Source of the DNA: Eledone cirrhosa
Lineage: Eukaryota
NCBI GenBank assembly: GCA_964016885.1
Contig: OZ024743.1
Span: forward strand, 263,686,001 to 263,750,000
Reading direction: 5' to 3'
Length of the DNA stretch: 64,000 nt
Shown: one piece after another, positions 25,617 through 37,650 of the stretch
Numbering within the stretch: position 1 is the first letter of the stretch
Layout of the letters: each line of letters begins with the position of its first letter
Made by a program: the position numbers and the translations under genes
The notes under the pieces: model-generated
What the model was told of the DNA's origin: nothing
Databases searched by the model: none
Seen by the model: the letters and a program-made list of their open reading frames with translations, nothing else

Positions 25617-28354
25617 ACGTCCTAGTCAGGATGCGTGACAGACAGGATGTGCAGTGTGTTCGTGTTCTTCGTGGAGCTGAGTGATGGACGGACCACCGCC
25701 TGGTACGCGCAAAAGTGAATCTAATCACCAAACGTAAAATCCGGGCTCCTGGTGTTACCCTGCCCAAAAGATTGAATGCTGCTCGTCTTAAGGATACAAA
25801 TGTGAAGAGGACATTGGAAGAAGAGATGCAGGCTGCAGATCTTGGTGAGGATTGGCCGACCCTTAAAAAGTCGGTTTATGATGTAGGCAGACGTGTTCTG
25901 GGATTGGTGCAGAGAAAACATCAGGACTGGTTTAATGAGAATGATGTACATATAGAAGACTTGTTGGCTGATAAGCGGCGTGCTCTGTCACGCTACTTGA
26001 CGGCAAAACCACAGGAGAGGAATACGTTGCATGAGGAGCTGAGGGATGTAAAATCACGTGTTAGGCGGAGTCTTTCTCAGATGAAGGATCAGTGGTGGAG
26101 TGAGAAGGCTGGTGAGATACAAACTGCGTCTGATTGCAATAACACAAAGCTGTTGTACAGTCTCTTGCGTGAGGTTTATGGACCGTCTTCTTCTCTGGTG
26201 ACACCGATTCGCAGCAAGGATGGCAAAGAACTTCTTCGTGACTCACAGGGAATTCTACGAAGGTGGCGAGAGTACTTTGATGATCTTTTGAATCAGCCGT
26301 CTGTCGTCAGTGAAGATTTCCTCAATCTCATTCCGGAAAGTCCTGTGAAAGTAGCTCTTGCAGAACCTCCGACGCTTGTGGAGGTTGCAGTGGCTATTTC
26401 GAAGCTGAACAGTGGAAGATCTCCAGGTATGGATGGCATACATGCTGAGCTCCTACAATATGGTGGTGAGAGACTCCTGCAACATCTTCACTCTCTGTTT
26501 GGAAGGATATGGGCTAATTAATCCGTGCCTGAGGACTGGAGAGATGCAGTAATGGTGGTCTTGTACAAGGGAAAGAGTAACAGGAATGATTGTGGGAACT
26601 ACAGAGGTATATCATTGCTTTCTGTCGTAGGGAAAGTTTTATGTAGGGTGCTTCTGGACCGTCTGCTGACACACATTGCAGATTGTGTCCTTCCTGAAAG
26701 TAAATCTGGTTTTCGTGCTGGACGCGGCACTACTGATATGATCTTCTCAGCTAGACTGCTCCAGGAGAAGTGCATTGAACAGGGCTTGGATCTGTATCAG
26801 GTTTTTGTCGATCTGACAAAGGCTTTCGATACTGTCAACAGAGATGCATTATGGAAGGTTCTCCAGAAACTTGGTTGCCCTGATAAGTTCCTTGCTTTAG
26901 TTAGGTCTTTCCATGACGACATGAAGGCTTGGGTTAATGTCGGAGGTAACATGTCGGAGCCTATCTCAGTAAAACATGGAGTGAAACAGGGGGATATTCC
27001 AGCACCGACCCTGTTTGCCATATACTTTGCAATGGTTTTCTGTATTGCATTCAGGAATTGCGAGCATGGTGTTTACATCCGATATCGAACCTCAGGCAGC
27101 ATATTTAACATCAGGCGCTTTGCTGCGAAGACAAAAGTATTTACATCAGTCATAAGAGACCTCTTGTATGCAGATGATTGCGATCTTGTAGCGCACACAG
27201 AGAGTGATATGCAGCACATTTTGAATGTATTTTCTGACGCTTGCACTGCCCTGGGTTTGACTGTCAGTCTCAAGAAAACCGTCGTCATGTACCAAGCTGC
27301 CCTTAGTAAGCAGTACACTGAACCAAACATCTATGTGTATGGCAAACGACTTGGAGTGGTTGATCAGTTTGTCTACCTGGGAAGCACTGTCAATCGATAC
27401 GGCAACCTTGACAGTGAAATCTCACTTAGGATTAGGAAAGCAAGTGATGCTTTCGGAAAGCTAGAAAGGCGACTCTGGGGTCGGCGAGACATATGCAGGA
27501 GGACAAAGGTAAGGGTGTACAGGGCATGTGTACTCTCTTGTCTTCTTTATGCCTGCGAGACCTGGGTCACATATCGACGCCACCTTAAGCAATTGGAGCG
27601 TTTCCATCAGATGTGTCTCAGACGGATCCATGGCGTTCACTGGAGGGACCACATCAGTGATGTCGAGATTTTGGAAAGCTCTATGTGTGACAGTATAGAA
27701 GATCTTGTGCTTAAGCAACGACTCCGTTGGAGTGGTCACCTTGCCAGGATGAAGGGTTCTAGAATACCAAAACAACTCTTCTATGGAGAGTTGGTTAAAG
27801 GAAAACGACCGCCACATAAACCAAAAAAGAGGTATAAGGATTCCTTGAAAGCCTCTCTGAAAGACGCTAACATCTCTGCTGATACATGGGAAAATATTGC
27901 TGCTGATCGTAATAAATGGAGAAAGACTGTATATGAGGGAAAAGTTGCCTTTGAGGCATCTCGAATCGCACACGAGAAAGTAAAGCGGGACGTGAGGAAG
28001 GGCATTGCTGTTGCACTTCCAGACGGCGAGGGTCCTCCTATGGTTCTGACATGCAGCGTCTGTGCAAGACTCTGCCTAAGCAAAGCTGGACTCGAAAGTC
28101 ATCTTCGCAGTGATAAAGTAAGGCCAGTGGTTGACTACCAGGCTGCTGTTGGAGATGCTACTCATCATGCTTGCCAAACATGTGGTAGAGAATGTAAATC
28201 AGCAGGAGGGCTCAAGCGACATGCAAAAGTACACGAACTCCAACCACAGCCGACTATTCCCAGTGAATGTTTTGGTTGCCGACTCTGTGCAAGACATTTT
28301 AGATCATTGGCTGGGCTAAAAAGCCACATTCGATCGCAGCACTGTTAGTTGCTA

Positions 28355-28408
<54 letters not shown>

Positions 28409-28579
28409 GCTTATGTGCGTGCGTGTGTGTGTATATATATATGAATATGTATATTATTATTGTTGTTGTCGTTATTATTATTATTGCTATTATTATTATT
28501 ATTATAATTATTATTGTTATTAATGTATGTGTGTATATATGTGTGAGTGTATGTGTATGTGTGTGTGTATGTATATATG

Positions 28580-28614
<35 letters not shown>

Positions 28615-28777
28615 CTTTTTTTCTTTTCTTTTTTTTCTTTTCTTTTTTTTTATTTATTTATTATTATTATTATTATTTATTTTTTTTTATTTTATTTTAT
28701 TTCATTTTATTTTATTTTTTTTTATTTATATTTTTTCTTGTGCAATGGCCATACTCGATAACGCGGGGGCAGCCATC
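25617..28777 (+). mobile_element. RTE (BovB-like) LINE, 5'-truncated inside the APE domain, with three C-terminal C2H2 fingers
   Basis: WTDHRL (end of APE), SPGMDGI, NYRGISLL, FVDLTKAFD, GVKQG and LLYADD. ORFs 25715-26521 and 26525-28348 are in frame across one TAA. 3' stem-loop followed by an (ATGT)n tail. Confidence 0.92.
26525..28348 (+). CDS. RTE LINE reverse transcriptase plus C2H2 zinc fingers (fragment of a disrupted ORF)
   Basis: 607-aa ORF with RT motifs and CSVC..H, CQTC..H..H and CRLC..H...H fingers. Confidence 0.85.
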   Translation: MPEDWRDAVMVVLYKGKSNRNDCGNYRGISLLSVVGKVLCRVLLDRLLTHIADCVLPESKSGFRAGRGTTDMIFSARLLQEKCIEQGLDLYQVFVDLTKAFDTVNRDALWKVLQKLGCPDKFLALVRSFHDDMKAWVNVGGNMSEPISVKHGVKQGDIPAPTLFAIYFAMVFCIAFRNCEHGVYIRYRTSGSIFNIRRFAAKTKVFTSVIRDLLYADDCDLVAHTESDMQHILNVFSDACTALGLTVSLKKTVVMYQAALSKQYTEPNIYVYGKRLGVVDQFVYLGSTVNRYGNLDSEISLRIRKASDAFGKLERRLWGRRDICRRTKVRVYRACVLSCLLYACETWVTYRRHLKQLERFHQMCLRRIHGVHWRDHISDVEILESSMCDSIEDLVLKQRLRWSGHLARMKGSRIPKQLFYGELVKGKRPPHKPKKRYKDSLKASLKDANISADTWENIAADRNKWRKTVYEGKVAFEASRIAHEKVKRDVRKGIAVALPDGEGPPMVLTCSVCARLCLSKAGLESHLRSDKVRPVVDYQAAVGDATHHACQTCGRECKSAGGLKRHAKVHELQPQPTIPSECFGCRLCARHFRSLAGLKSHIRSQHC

Positions 28778-28861
28778 ATGTATGTATGTATGTATGTATG
28801 TATGTATGTATGTATGTATGTATGTATGTATGTATGTATGTATGTATGTATGTATGTATGT

Positions 28862-29699
28862 ATGGCGTTCACTGGAGGGACCACATCAGTGATGTCGAGA
28901 TTTTGGAAAGCTCTATGTGTGACAGTATAGAAGCTCTTGTGCTTAAGGAACGACTCCGTTGGAGTGGTCACCTTGCCAGGATGAAGGATTCTAGAATACC
29001 AAAACAACTCTTTTATGGAGAGTTAGTTAAAAGAAAACGACCGCCACATAAACCAAAAAAGAGGTATAAGGATTCCTTGAATGCCTCTTTGAAAGACGCT
29101 AACATCTCTGCTGATACATGGGAAAATATTGCTGCTGATCGTAATAAATGGAGAAAGACTGTATATGAGGGGAAAGTTGCCTTTGAGGCACCTCGAATCG
29201 CATACGAGAAAGTAAAGCGGGATGTGAGGAAGGGCATTGCTGTTGCACTTCCAGACGGCGAGGGTGCTCCTATGGTGCTGACATGCAGCGTCTGTGCGAG
29301 ACTCTGCCTAAGCAAAACTGGACTCGAAAGTCATCTTCGCAGTCATAAAGTAAGACCAGTGGTTGACTATCAGGCTGCTGTTGGAGATGCTACTCATCAT
29401 GCTTGCCAAACATGTGGTACAGAATGTAGATCAGCAGGAGGCCTCAAGCGACATGCAAAAGTACATGAACTCCAACCACAGCCGGCTATTCCCAGTGAAT
29501 GTTTTGGTTGCCGACTCTGTGCAAGACATTTTAGATCATTGGCTGGGCTAAAAAGCCACATTCGATCGCAGCGCTGTTGGTTGCTATCGTGTGTATGTGT
29601 ATAGATATGTTTATGTGTGTGCGCGCGTGTGTATATATATAGATATATATATATATATATATTTCGTTTCTTATTGGCAACATGACCCTCCCAAAGTAT

Positions 29700-29763
<64 letters not shown>

Positions 29764-29895
29764 TATTATTGTTGTTGCTGTCGTTATTATTATTGTTGTT
29801 ATTATTATTATTATTATTGTTATTAATATATATGTATATACATATATTTTTTTTCTCGTGCAATGGCCATACTCGATAACGAGGGGGCAGCCATC
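28862..29895 (+). mobile_element. Second, 5'-truncated copy of the same RTE, joined to the (ATGT)n tail of the first
   Basis: Matches 27630-28777 with scattered substitutions and has the same 3' terminus gcaatggccatactcgataacg..gcagccatc. Confidence 0.92.
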
Positions 29896-29902
29896 ATGTA
29901 TG

Positions 29903-29933
<31 letters not shown>

Positions 29934-30005
29934 ATATGTATGTATATATATATATGGGGTGTATGTATATACTTATGTGTATATATGTATGCATACACAC
30001 ACACG

Positions 30006-30091
<86 letters not shown>

Positions 30092-30112
30092 CGTACATAT
30101 ATATATATTAGT

Positions 30113-30312
30113 ACAATCCCCAGTCACTGAAGAGGTCACATAATGTGTGACGAAAGAACTTTGACAATATATGAACAATCGTCTGGTTGTGGAACAAACC
30201 AATCAACTAAATTTATAAATTTAATTTATAAATTTAATTTATAATAAATTGAAGTGAAAGCAACCGGTGCGTGTGTTTCTTAATGGCTACATGACCCTCC
30301 CAAAGCACAACA

Positions 30313-30314
<2 letters not shown>
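30113..30314 (+). mobile_element. PLE 3' terminal repeat with minimal HHR (30123-30165)
   Basis: gtca CTGAAGA ggtcaca-taatg-tgtgac GAAA gaac TT tgac. Matches 58336-58540. Confidence 0.8.
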
Positions 30315-30345
<31 letters not shown>

Positions 30346-30876
30346 GATAGATAGATATAGAGAAAGAGAGAGATGTGTGTGTTTGTGTGGATGTGTGAGT
30401 GCAAGTATATAAGCATATATTAGTACATTCCATTTTCATAATCATATTATTAAGTAATTTATATTTATATATATTTGGAAAAACTGTTATGCATTATATT
30501 AAACTTTAAGTTAGTTATTCGTATAATTGTATTTATCCTTTATGGTTATACTTTTTCGTATCAGTTCACTTTAATTTAGTAATGCGATATTTTAACACAT
30601 GAGTAAAACACACGGAGAATCTCAAAACCATGTTTCTTATTCGTGTCATATCGATTTGTCTCTATATTCCAATCGTTTTTTCCAAATTCGGTTTTTAAAT
30701 AAAATAAATTTAAATTTACTGATATAGTCAAATCCGCACACAAGCAACCACTGGTTCACACAAAACCACACATTCGCACACATACACACATGCATACACA
30801 CACACACATACAAGCCCACACATACGTTCACACATACAAAAACACACACTTACATTCATACTTTCTCTCTCTCACT

Positions 30877-30907
<31 letters not shown>

Positions 30908-31161
30908 ACACTCACACATACAAGCCCACACATACGCTGACACAGAAAAACACACACTTACATACATTCTCTCTCTCTTACTCTCTCTCTCACACATACA
31001 CACATACACATGCGTACGCACAGAAACAGAGCAATCTTCTTTAATATCCGAAACTAACAGAGGAAGGCCTGTGACATGAATTTGGAAACAATGTCGTCGG
31101 GGAAATATGAAGAGAGCCGATTAAGCTTTATGAAAGTACTTGTGCGAACAGAGAACTTAAC

Positions 31162-31180
31162 ATACTATTACTACTACTAT

Positions 31181-31223
<43 letters not shown>

Positions 31224-31224
31224 G

Positions 31225-31259
<35 letters not shown>

Positions 31260-31260
31260 T

Positions 31261-31354
<94 letters not shown>
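31162..31354. repeat. (TAC)n/(TGC)n trinucleotide tract
   Basis: Direct reading. Confidence 0.97.
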
Positions 31355-31379
31355 ATGAGTGGAATGGCAACATACCTAG

Positions 31380-31767
31380 TAATAAAGGACAAAACGAAGA
31401 CATACAGACACACAAGAACAAAACTAACAAAACAAATCAGACACACACAGATAGAACAAACAAGCAACTAGTGACAAGTAAATAAACACATAAATAAATA
31501 AATAAAACGCACACACACATACACACGGATGTAGCGCATTCACAAACTAAGCACACCACACACAAAAACCAGATGTTGTAGGACAGAACAAAAGAGAGAC
31601 ACAAAATAAAAACCTAGTCACTGTGAACATCACAGAATGTGTGACGAAAACAACCATCAGGTTATCGAACCAATAAGCCAACCGAAAATTTATGATACAT
31701 TGAATTGAAAATCAACAGATGGCTGTATTTTTATTGGCATTATGACCCTCCCAAAGTATAACAATAT
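31380..31767 (+). mobile_element. Degenerate copy of the PLE 3' UTR/terminus seen at 58140-58540, HHR decayed
   Basis: Shares aaggacaaaa..gtaaataaac..agtcactg..cacagaatgtgtgacgaaa and ttattggcattatgaccctcccaaagtataacaata. Confidence 0.7.
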
Positions 31768-31939
31768 CTGTTTCAACAGACTTTTTGAGATAAGAAATCT
31801 TGCAAAAAAATTTAAAAACGAAGCAAATATATATATATATATATATATATATAGTAATAATAATAAATTTGAAGACTAAAATCCAAAGAGGGCTCGATAA
31901 GGATAAATATATATCAAATATATAAGAACCGTAGAGCAA

Positions 31940-32087
31940 ATATTTATTAAAATAACAGATTAAAGTTTAAGCAAAGAATCGGTGCTTTCACCCTTAACGG
32001 GATCTTCTGAAAAGTCTCAGAAGATCCTGTTAAGGGTGAAAGCAGCGATTCTTTGCTTACACTTTAATCTTTTATTTTAATAAATAT
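31940..32087. repeat. ~70-bp-arm palindrome containing an HHR-like motif
   Basis: Arms 31940-32010 and 32017-32087 with a few mismatches. Confidence 0.85.
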
Positions 32088-32112
32088 ATATATATATATA
32101 TATATATTTAAA

Positions 32113-32910
32113 ATCCAGTGGGAATATACGAAGAAAGCAAGAACGGGGGGGGGGGGGTTCTCATCAGTTGTCTACAGGCGGTCTCCGATATTTCTACGCT
32201 TTAAAGACAATATATCTCAGCCCAGGGTGTCAATAACTGGATACCTTATTGGGAAAACGCAGGAGGGAGGGAAGGAAAGCAAAAGGGGAGAAAAGAGGAA
32301 ACAGTAATAAAAAAAACACTGAAAAAATCAAACCAAGCAATGTGCCAGCAACTTAAGGTAAGGAAATCCAAGGCCAATCGATAAGAGAACTTAAGTTCAA
32401 GACTGAGTGGTCGAAAGAAAAATGACACACGTCTGACCTCAGCAGTTGTAAGTGAGAAGATAACTGCTAAACGGTCAGACGAGGGGTGAGAGTGAGAAAG
32501 AGCGAGGAAGAAAGTGGGGTAAGAGTAGATAGGGCGAAATGGGAGTGCAAGAAAGAGGGGTGAGAGTAGAAAATAGCGAAATAGGTAGGTAGAAGCGAAG
32601 AAAATGAATGGTCACAGCGAAAACACGATGAATTATATGAAGAATAGAAACGGCTGTGTAGTTGCTTTTTATGTAACTTAAAATGGTGTGGGAATACGAA
32701 GAAAGCAAGAACGGGGTGGGGTGAGTTTTCCTCATCAGTTGTCTACTGGGGGTCTCGGATATTTCTACGCTTTAAAGACAATATATCTCACCCCAGGGCG
32801 TCAATAACTGGATAAGTTATTGGGAAAACGGGGGAGGGAGGGAAGAAAAGCAAAGGGAAGAAAAGAGAAACAGTAAAAAAAAACAGCGAGAAAAAACAAC
32901 AAACCGAGCA
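32113..32910 (-). repeat. Partial tandem non-coding element, period ~570 bp
   Basis: About 230 bp is directly repeated (tcatcag at 32161 and 32732). Distantly similar to 43736-44447. Confidence 0.75.
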
Positions 32911-32916
32911 ATGTTC

Positions 32917-33187
32917 TGCTTGACCGGCAACCGCTCTGTATAATCAGTTCCTGATTATTTACTAGAATTCTATAAGAACCAAACATCCATGATTTCAGCA
33001 AACAGGAGGAATAGTTGGCTTTGATAAGCATCAATAAATGCGAAACAAGGCCTTGTCAGATTTATCTCCCCCTGTTTGCTGAAAATGAAAGTAAGTGAGT
33101 CTGTCACTACTCTAAAACAATAGCATAAGGTGTTCGAAATGCTTTTAATTAAGCATACAGTGTATTGCAAAATACACTATATATACA

Positions 33188-33195
<8 letters not shown>
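32917..33195 (+). mobile_element. TA-associated ~280-bp repeat with variant HHR (33017-33062)
   Basis: Homolog of 42692-42970: TTGATAA gcat..atgc GAAA caaggccttg TC. Confidence 0.75.
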
Positions 33196-33248
<53 letters not shown>

Positions 33249-33414
33249 CAAGGGTCTGAAATGTAGAGAGAAATATATTTGCCAGTCTGGATGACCGCCT
33301 TGAAGACTGGCAACTACTAGCTTTGGCCGTCTTCGGGTTTTAAACATTTCTCTCTATTTTTCAACCCCTTGGATTTTGTATACCATTATTATATTGCTTT
33401 ATTATAAATTTCGT

Positions 33415-33474
33415 AACGCCTGATGATGTCACCGGGTTCCTGTAGAACCCGGTCATTGAAATGTGCATCGTGTT
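33415..33474 (+). ncRNA. Minimal type I hammerhead ribozyme
   Basis: aacgc CTGATGA ..accgggttc-ctgta-gaacccggt.. GAAA tgtgca TC gtgtt. Confidence 0.75.
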
Positions 33475-33619
33475 TATCATAAATCTTTAAGGAATTTCAC
33501 CAGTCCAGCCTCCTGTCTCAATAATTATATATATATATATATATATGAAAAAAAAATATATATATGGGAAAATGTGTGAAGGCCTAGGTACAGTTAGGTA
33601 TATTTGAAAAAAGAAACAC

Positions 33620-34322
33620 ACCAGCTGTAATCTATGAAGCTGTGGTCACTTCCAACCGACCAAACGAACCACAGGAGGTCAACTCCTATGTGGGCATGGC
33701 GGAGGGCCGATTCAAGGAGCGTTTCCTGAACCACCAGTCTACCTTCATATACCCGGACAGACGTTCATCCACGAAACTCGCGAGCCACGTATGGTCCCTC
33801 AAGGACTCAAGTATAGGGTACTCCATTCAATGGAAAGCCATCACTAAGTCCAAGCCATACACAAGGGGAAAACCGACGTGTGGCTTATGTATTGACGAAC
33901 GAATAACTATCCTAAAGAGATTACGCAATAGTGATTGCCTAAACATGAGAAGTGACTTTTTCACACGTTGTCCACACGTCACCAAACATGTGTTACATAA
34001 CTACAAGGCTCCGGACTGATTCTTTGTAATTTTATTTTTAAATTTTTTAATTTTATTTTCAACCAAAAAACTTTCAGGACTTTCGCAGTTATCTCCCTTA
34101 CACCCCCCGCACGCAGTCTACTATTGCCTGTGTGAAGTGACCGAGTTTCTGCGCATGCGCGTTCGTACGGTTGTCCTTCCTGTTCCTATAACCATATATA
34201 TCCCGAGCTGAAGATCCGCGAAGGTGAAACAATTGTTTTCGGTATGGTGAACTAACTGTTGTGTAACCACTTCTATCTAACTCGTGCTCTACCACTACTG
34301 ATATTACCTTCCAGTGTTACAC

Positions 34323-34330
<8 letters not shown>
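33620..34330 (+). mobile_element. PLE 3' fragment (Naiad-like GIY-YIG endonuclease) with HHR in its 3' UTR
   Basis: VIYEA..YVGMAEGRFKERFLNH..CGLC.DE..LNMRSDFFTRCPH (ORF 33642-34019). Ends in (TA)n. Confidence 0.85.
34203..34242 (+). ncRNA. Minimal type I hammerhead ribozyme
   Basis: ccgag CTGAAGA tcc-gcgaa-ggt GAAA caattg TT ttcgg, with palindromic stem III acaattgt. Confidence 0.8.
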
Positions 34331-34378
<48 letters not shown>

Positions 34379-35460
34379 GTTCTAGTCTGTACTTTTCATT
34401 ATTGATATTTAGATAGTTTCCCCTTAGTTATCTATTATCATTAGTTAAAATTGATAATCCGTGCATATTGTGTACATATTTTCTCTTATGTTCTGTAACC
34501 ATAAACAACGTTGTTAATTAATTATTCTAGTTATTCTAACGTTAATAACGTAATCTGGCTGATTACGTGCCTCCCTAGTATACTGGTGGGAAGGTTTAAA
34601 CATGACGCAGTCAAAAATCTTTCGCTTTCTTAGAGTGTGTAGCAAAACATTTTATCCATTTCTACACTTTTTCCAGTTTTCCTCCCTAAAGCCAAGTAAA
34701 TAATGTTCTTATCTATACCATACTTTTTAGCTTATTCGAAATTTCTTTTCACTCCTTTCCCATCGCAGCTTTGTGGTTTCAGACACTGTTTTGCTGTTGA
34801 TTTTTCGTTTTTGTTGCCATAAAAACAAAAAATTAAAATCTTTTGCGTTGTGTAGCTGTTTACGTTAGTCTTTCATTCTTATTTACGTGATAGTTTTATA
34901 GTTCTACAGTAGATATTTTATAATAGTTCTCACATTGTATAATACCCCTATCTCCTTATATGCCTGGTAGCATAATATTTCTATGGCTGGGATATTTGAA
35001 ATACTGTCATTAAATTTATTTTCCTGTCTAGTCTAGCCTTAGTAATCGATTTAACCTCAAGTTGGGAGCATTATAATACTGGGAAAGTTAGTGCTGATGC
35101 TTATTACCTTATGATCTTTTCGTTTTGATCTGCTTTCGGTAGTAATCCAATGCATCTTTACTATTATTTACTAGACTTTTATTGCATTTATGTATATTGA
35201 AATCTGTCGTGATAATTGATTCCTCCTAATCTATACTTTTACCTCGATCTACATAGTTCCTTTCCCTAATATGATATTAGTGTTTTTTTTAATAACTACC
35301 CTTCCATCAAGGTTGATTTGGCACAGTTTCTAAACCGATTTGCATAAATTCCTCTTGAGAAACCATATATTTTCTGGAGAAGAGTTTATAGTTCTTTCTC
35401 ATCAGCAACTCACAATTTTAGGCCAACTAAAATACAAACATATTATTATTATTTTTATTT

Positions 35461-35496
<36 letters not shown>

Positions 35497-35497
35497 A

Positions 35498-35553
<56 letters not shown>
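35461..35553. repeat. (TAG)n microsatellite
   Basis: Direct reading. Confidence 0.97.
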
Positions 35554-36795
35554 ATGGTATTAGTAAGCAAGGGTTGAATAGTAGAATCAGTTACGCGCTA
35601 AAAAACAGTTTTGTGGTTTCTAATTACGTTCTTCACTTTCTGAGCCCCAAACCTAAATCAGTTAACTTATACTTTGCAGTATGCGGATTCGATCAAATAT
35701 GTCCACCCAACTACTTTGGTTAATTTACTGAAGCCCAAGTCTCCCCACATATTAGATATCTTGTAGAACTATTAGAAATCATTATAAAAAATCGTTTTAA
35801 TTAAAGTGCAAAACATGTGTCTTTCAGCCGCAATTAGGGTCATAATATTTGTGAGAATTGACCAAAGATAAAAGCAGTAAAAATAATGTTAAATGCAGTT
35901 TCTCTCCATGAGATTCAAGACAAGATGAATATGCAATCACTCGATTTATTAGTAATGGGGAGATTTTGGCTGAAATTTGGCTGTTAATTCTAGCAGATGA
36001 GAATTAGAAAATATTTGGTGTCAGGTTAAAATAAAAATAATACAGAAAAGGCGAAACGTAAACCTTGCAAATGCTGAATACTCGACGTCGATTTGATGGC
36101 AGATTTTACAGAGAACAAAAATATCTATTTTATTTAAGGCGCCATTTATTTAGTGTCAAACTGGAAAGGGGTGGTATGTGTGCGCGCATATTTGTCACTG
36201 TGTGTGAGATAACGAGAGAGTGTTTGATAGAAAGAAAAGAGAGTAAGAGAGAGAAAGTACGCCAGTGATGGTCTCAAATCCCGGTCGATTATATGACTTA
36301 TAGGCAGAACGATTAAAATGTAATACTGATCTTAATACTTTTTCTAGTTAAATCATAGAATTTCTATGGAAGCAGATAGTTTTAATCGCTGCTCTAAAAT
36401 TATCTACAGATGTTACATAGATTTTCTAAAATTAAGAAGAATATAAAATAGCTAAAGAATTCTATTAATAAAGCTGGAAGTGGAAAACAATAATTCTTTT
36501 ACAATCAGTGTTGCAGAATGTTGAATATATATATACTAATGTGAGTCACAACAAGTTAATAAACGCCCGAGCGCTGCCATAAATATAAATTCATTTCGAG
36601 GTGCAGCGCCTATTATCTTTGCAAGTATATGTAGAATAACTGTATGAGTATATGGAGTTATGTGCTGTCATGTGTTGTGTTGGAGAGAATAGCATTGAAA
36701 TGTTCGTTATATAAAAAAACTGTTTTACGAACGGAACAATAATATTCGACTTTGCTAATGTTCCTTTACAAATCTGTAAGGAAGCGCTGTTTGTA

Positions 36796-36905
<110 letters not shown>

Positions 36906-36985
36906 GTATCAAAATTATATTAAGGATGTCATGTCTGAGAATATCAGAATCACGCGCCATAACACCATTATATATATATATATTT

Positions 36986-37122
36986 AAGGAAAGTGTGGTA
37001 AGGAACCAAGTGGACCATATCGCACCAAAGTAATCGATACTTAGGGTTGTAGAGTGGGTAATAGGAAAAGAGTCAGGACCATGACGGCTGAGCTCCGGCC
37101 GTTTCGACAGCTATATCTGAAC
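36986..37122 (-). mobile_element. Third copy of the half-HHR element, single arm
   Basis: Reverse-complement homolog of 1069-1206 that stops at the palindrome centre. Confidence 0.7.
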
Positions 37123-37184
37123 ATATACATATATGGTTGTGTGTGTGTGCGTGTGTATATATAGTAGTGAAAAATCAGAAGTGT

Positions 37185-37650
37185 TATATCAATTTGATGG
37201 AGAGGTTCACACCCGCCTCATTGACTGACCATGCGTGTCTAGCTAGTTTCGAGGTCGATCTCTTGTCTGCGTGTCTAAAGCTCGCCTCATGGTTAAGGAA
37301 GTGTTCTTTAAATCGGCTTTTCGACATACCCACATATGCCTTGACTCATTGTTGTTGTTTCTGCCGGGTAGATGTAACTCCAGCCTCGTAGACGAGTGCG
37401 TTACACTGTTGCTGTAGAGAGCATGATTGTAGCTTTCTACAAGAGCATCAGGGTGAGGGAGCGCTCATGGATTTGGTGGTAAGTTGGGCTTTCACATTTT
37501 TAACGCAAGATATATCCGAGTTTCACCCTGTACCTGTTGAAGATGGAGTTGTGCTTATGCCCTTTAAGGAAGTGCTTGTCTAAGACTAAGAATTTCTTAC
37601 CTAAATTAATTCTTACTCCAAGTGAGATGGGTGTTTCAACGACCTACCTT
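37185..37650 (-). mobile_element. Degenerate Naiad-like PLE fragment (RT C-terminus plus GIY-YIG)
   Basis: Minus strand RINLGKKFL.LDKHF..SIFNR..KLGY and LVYEA..AYVGMSKSRFKEHFLNH..TSKLARHAW. Confidence 0.7.
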
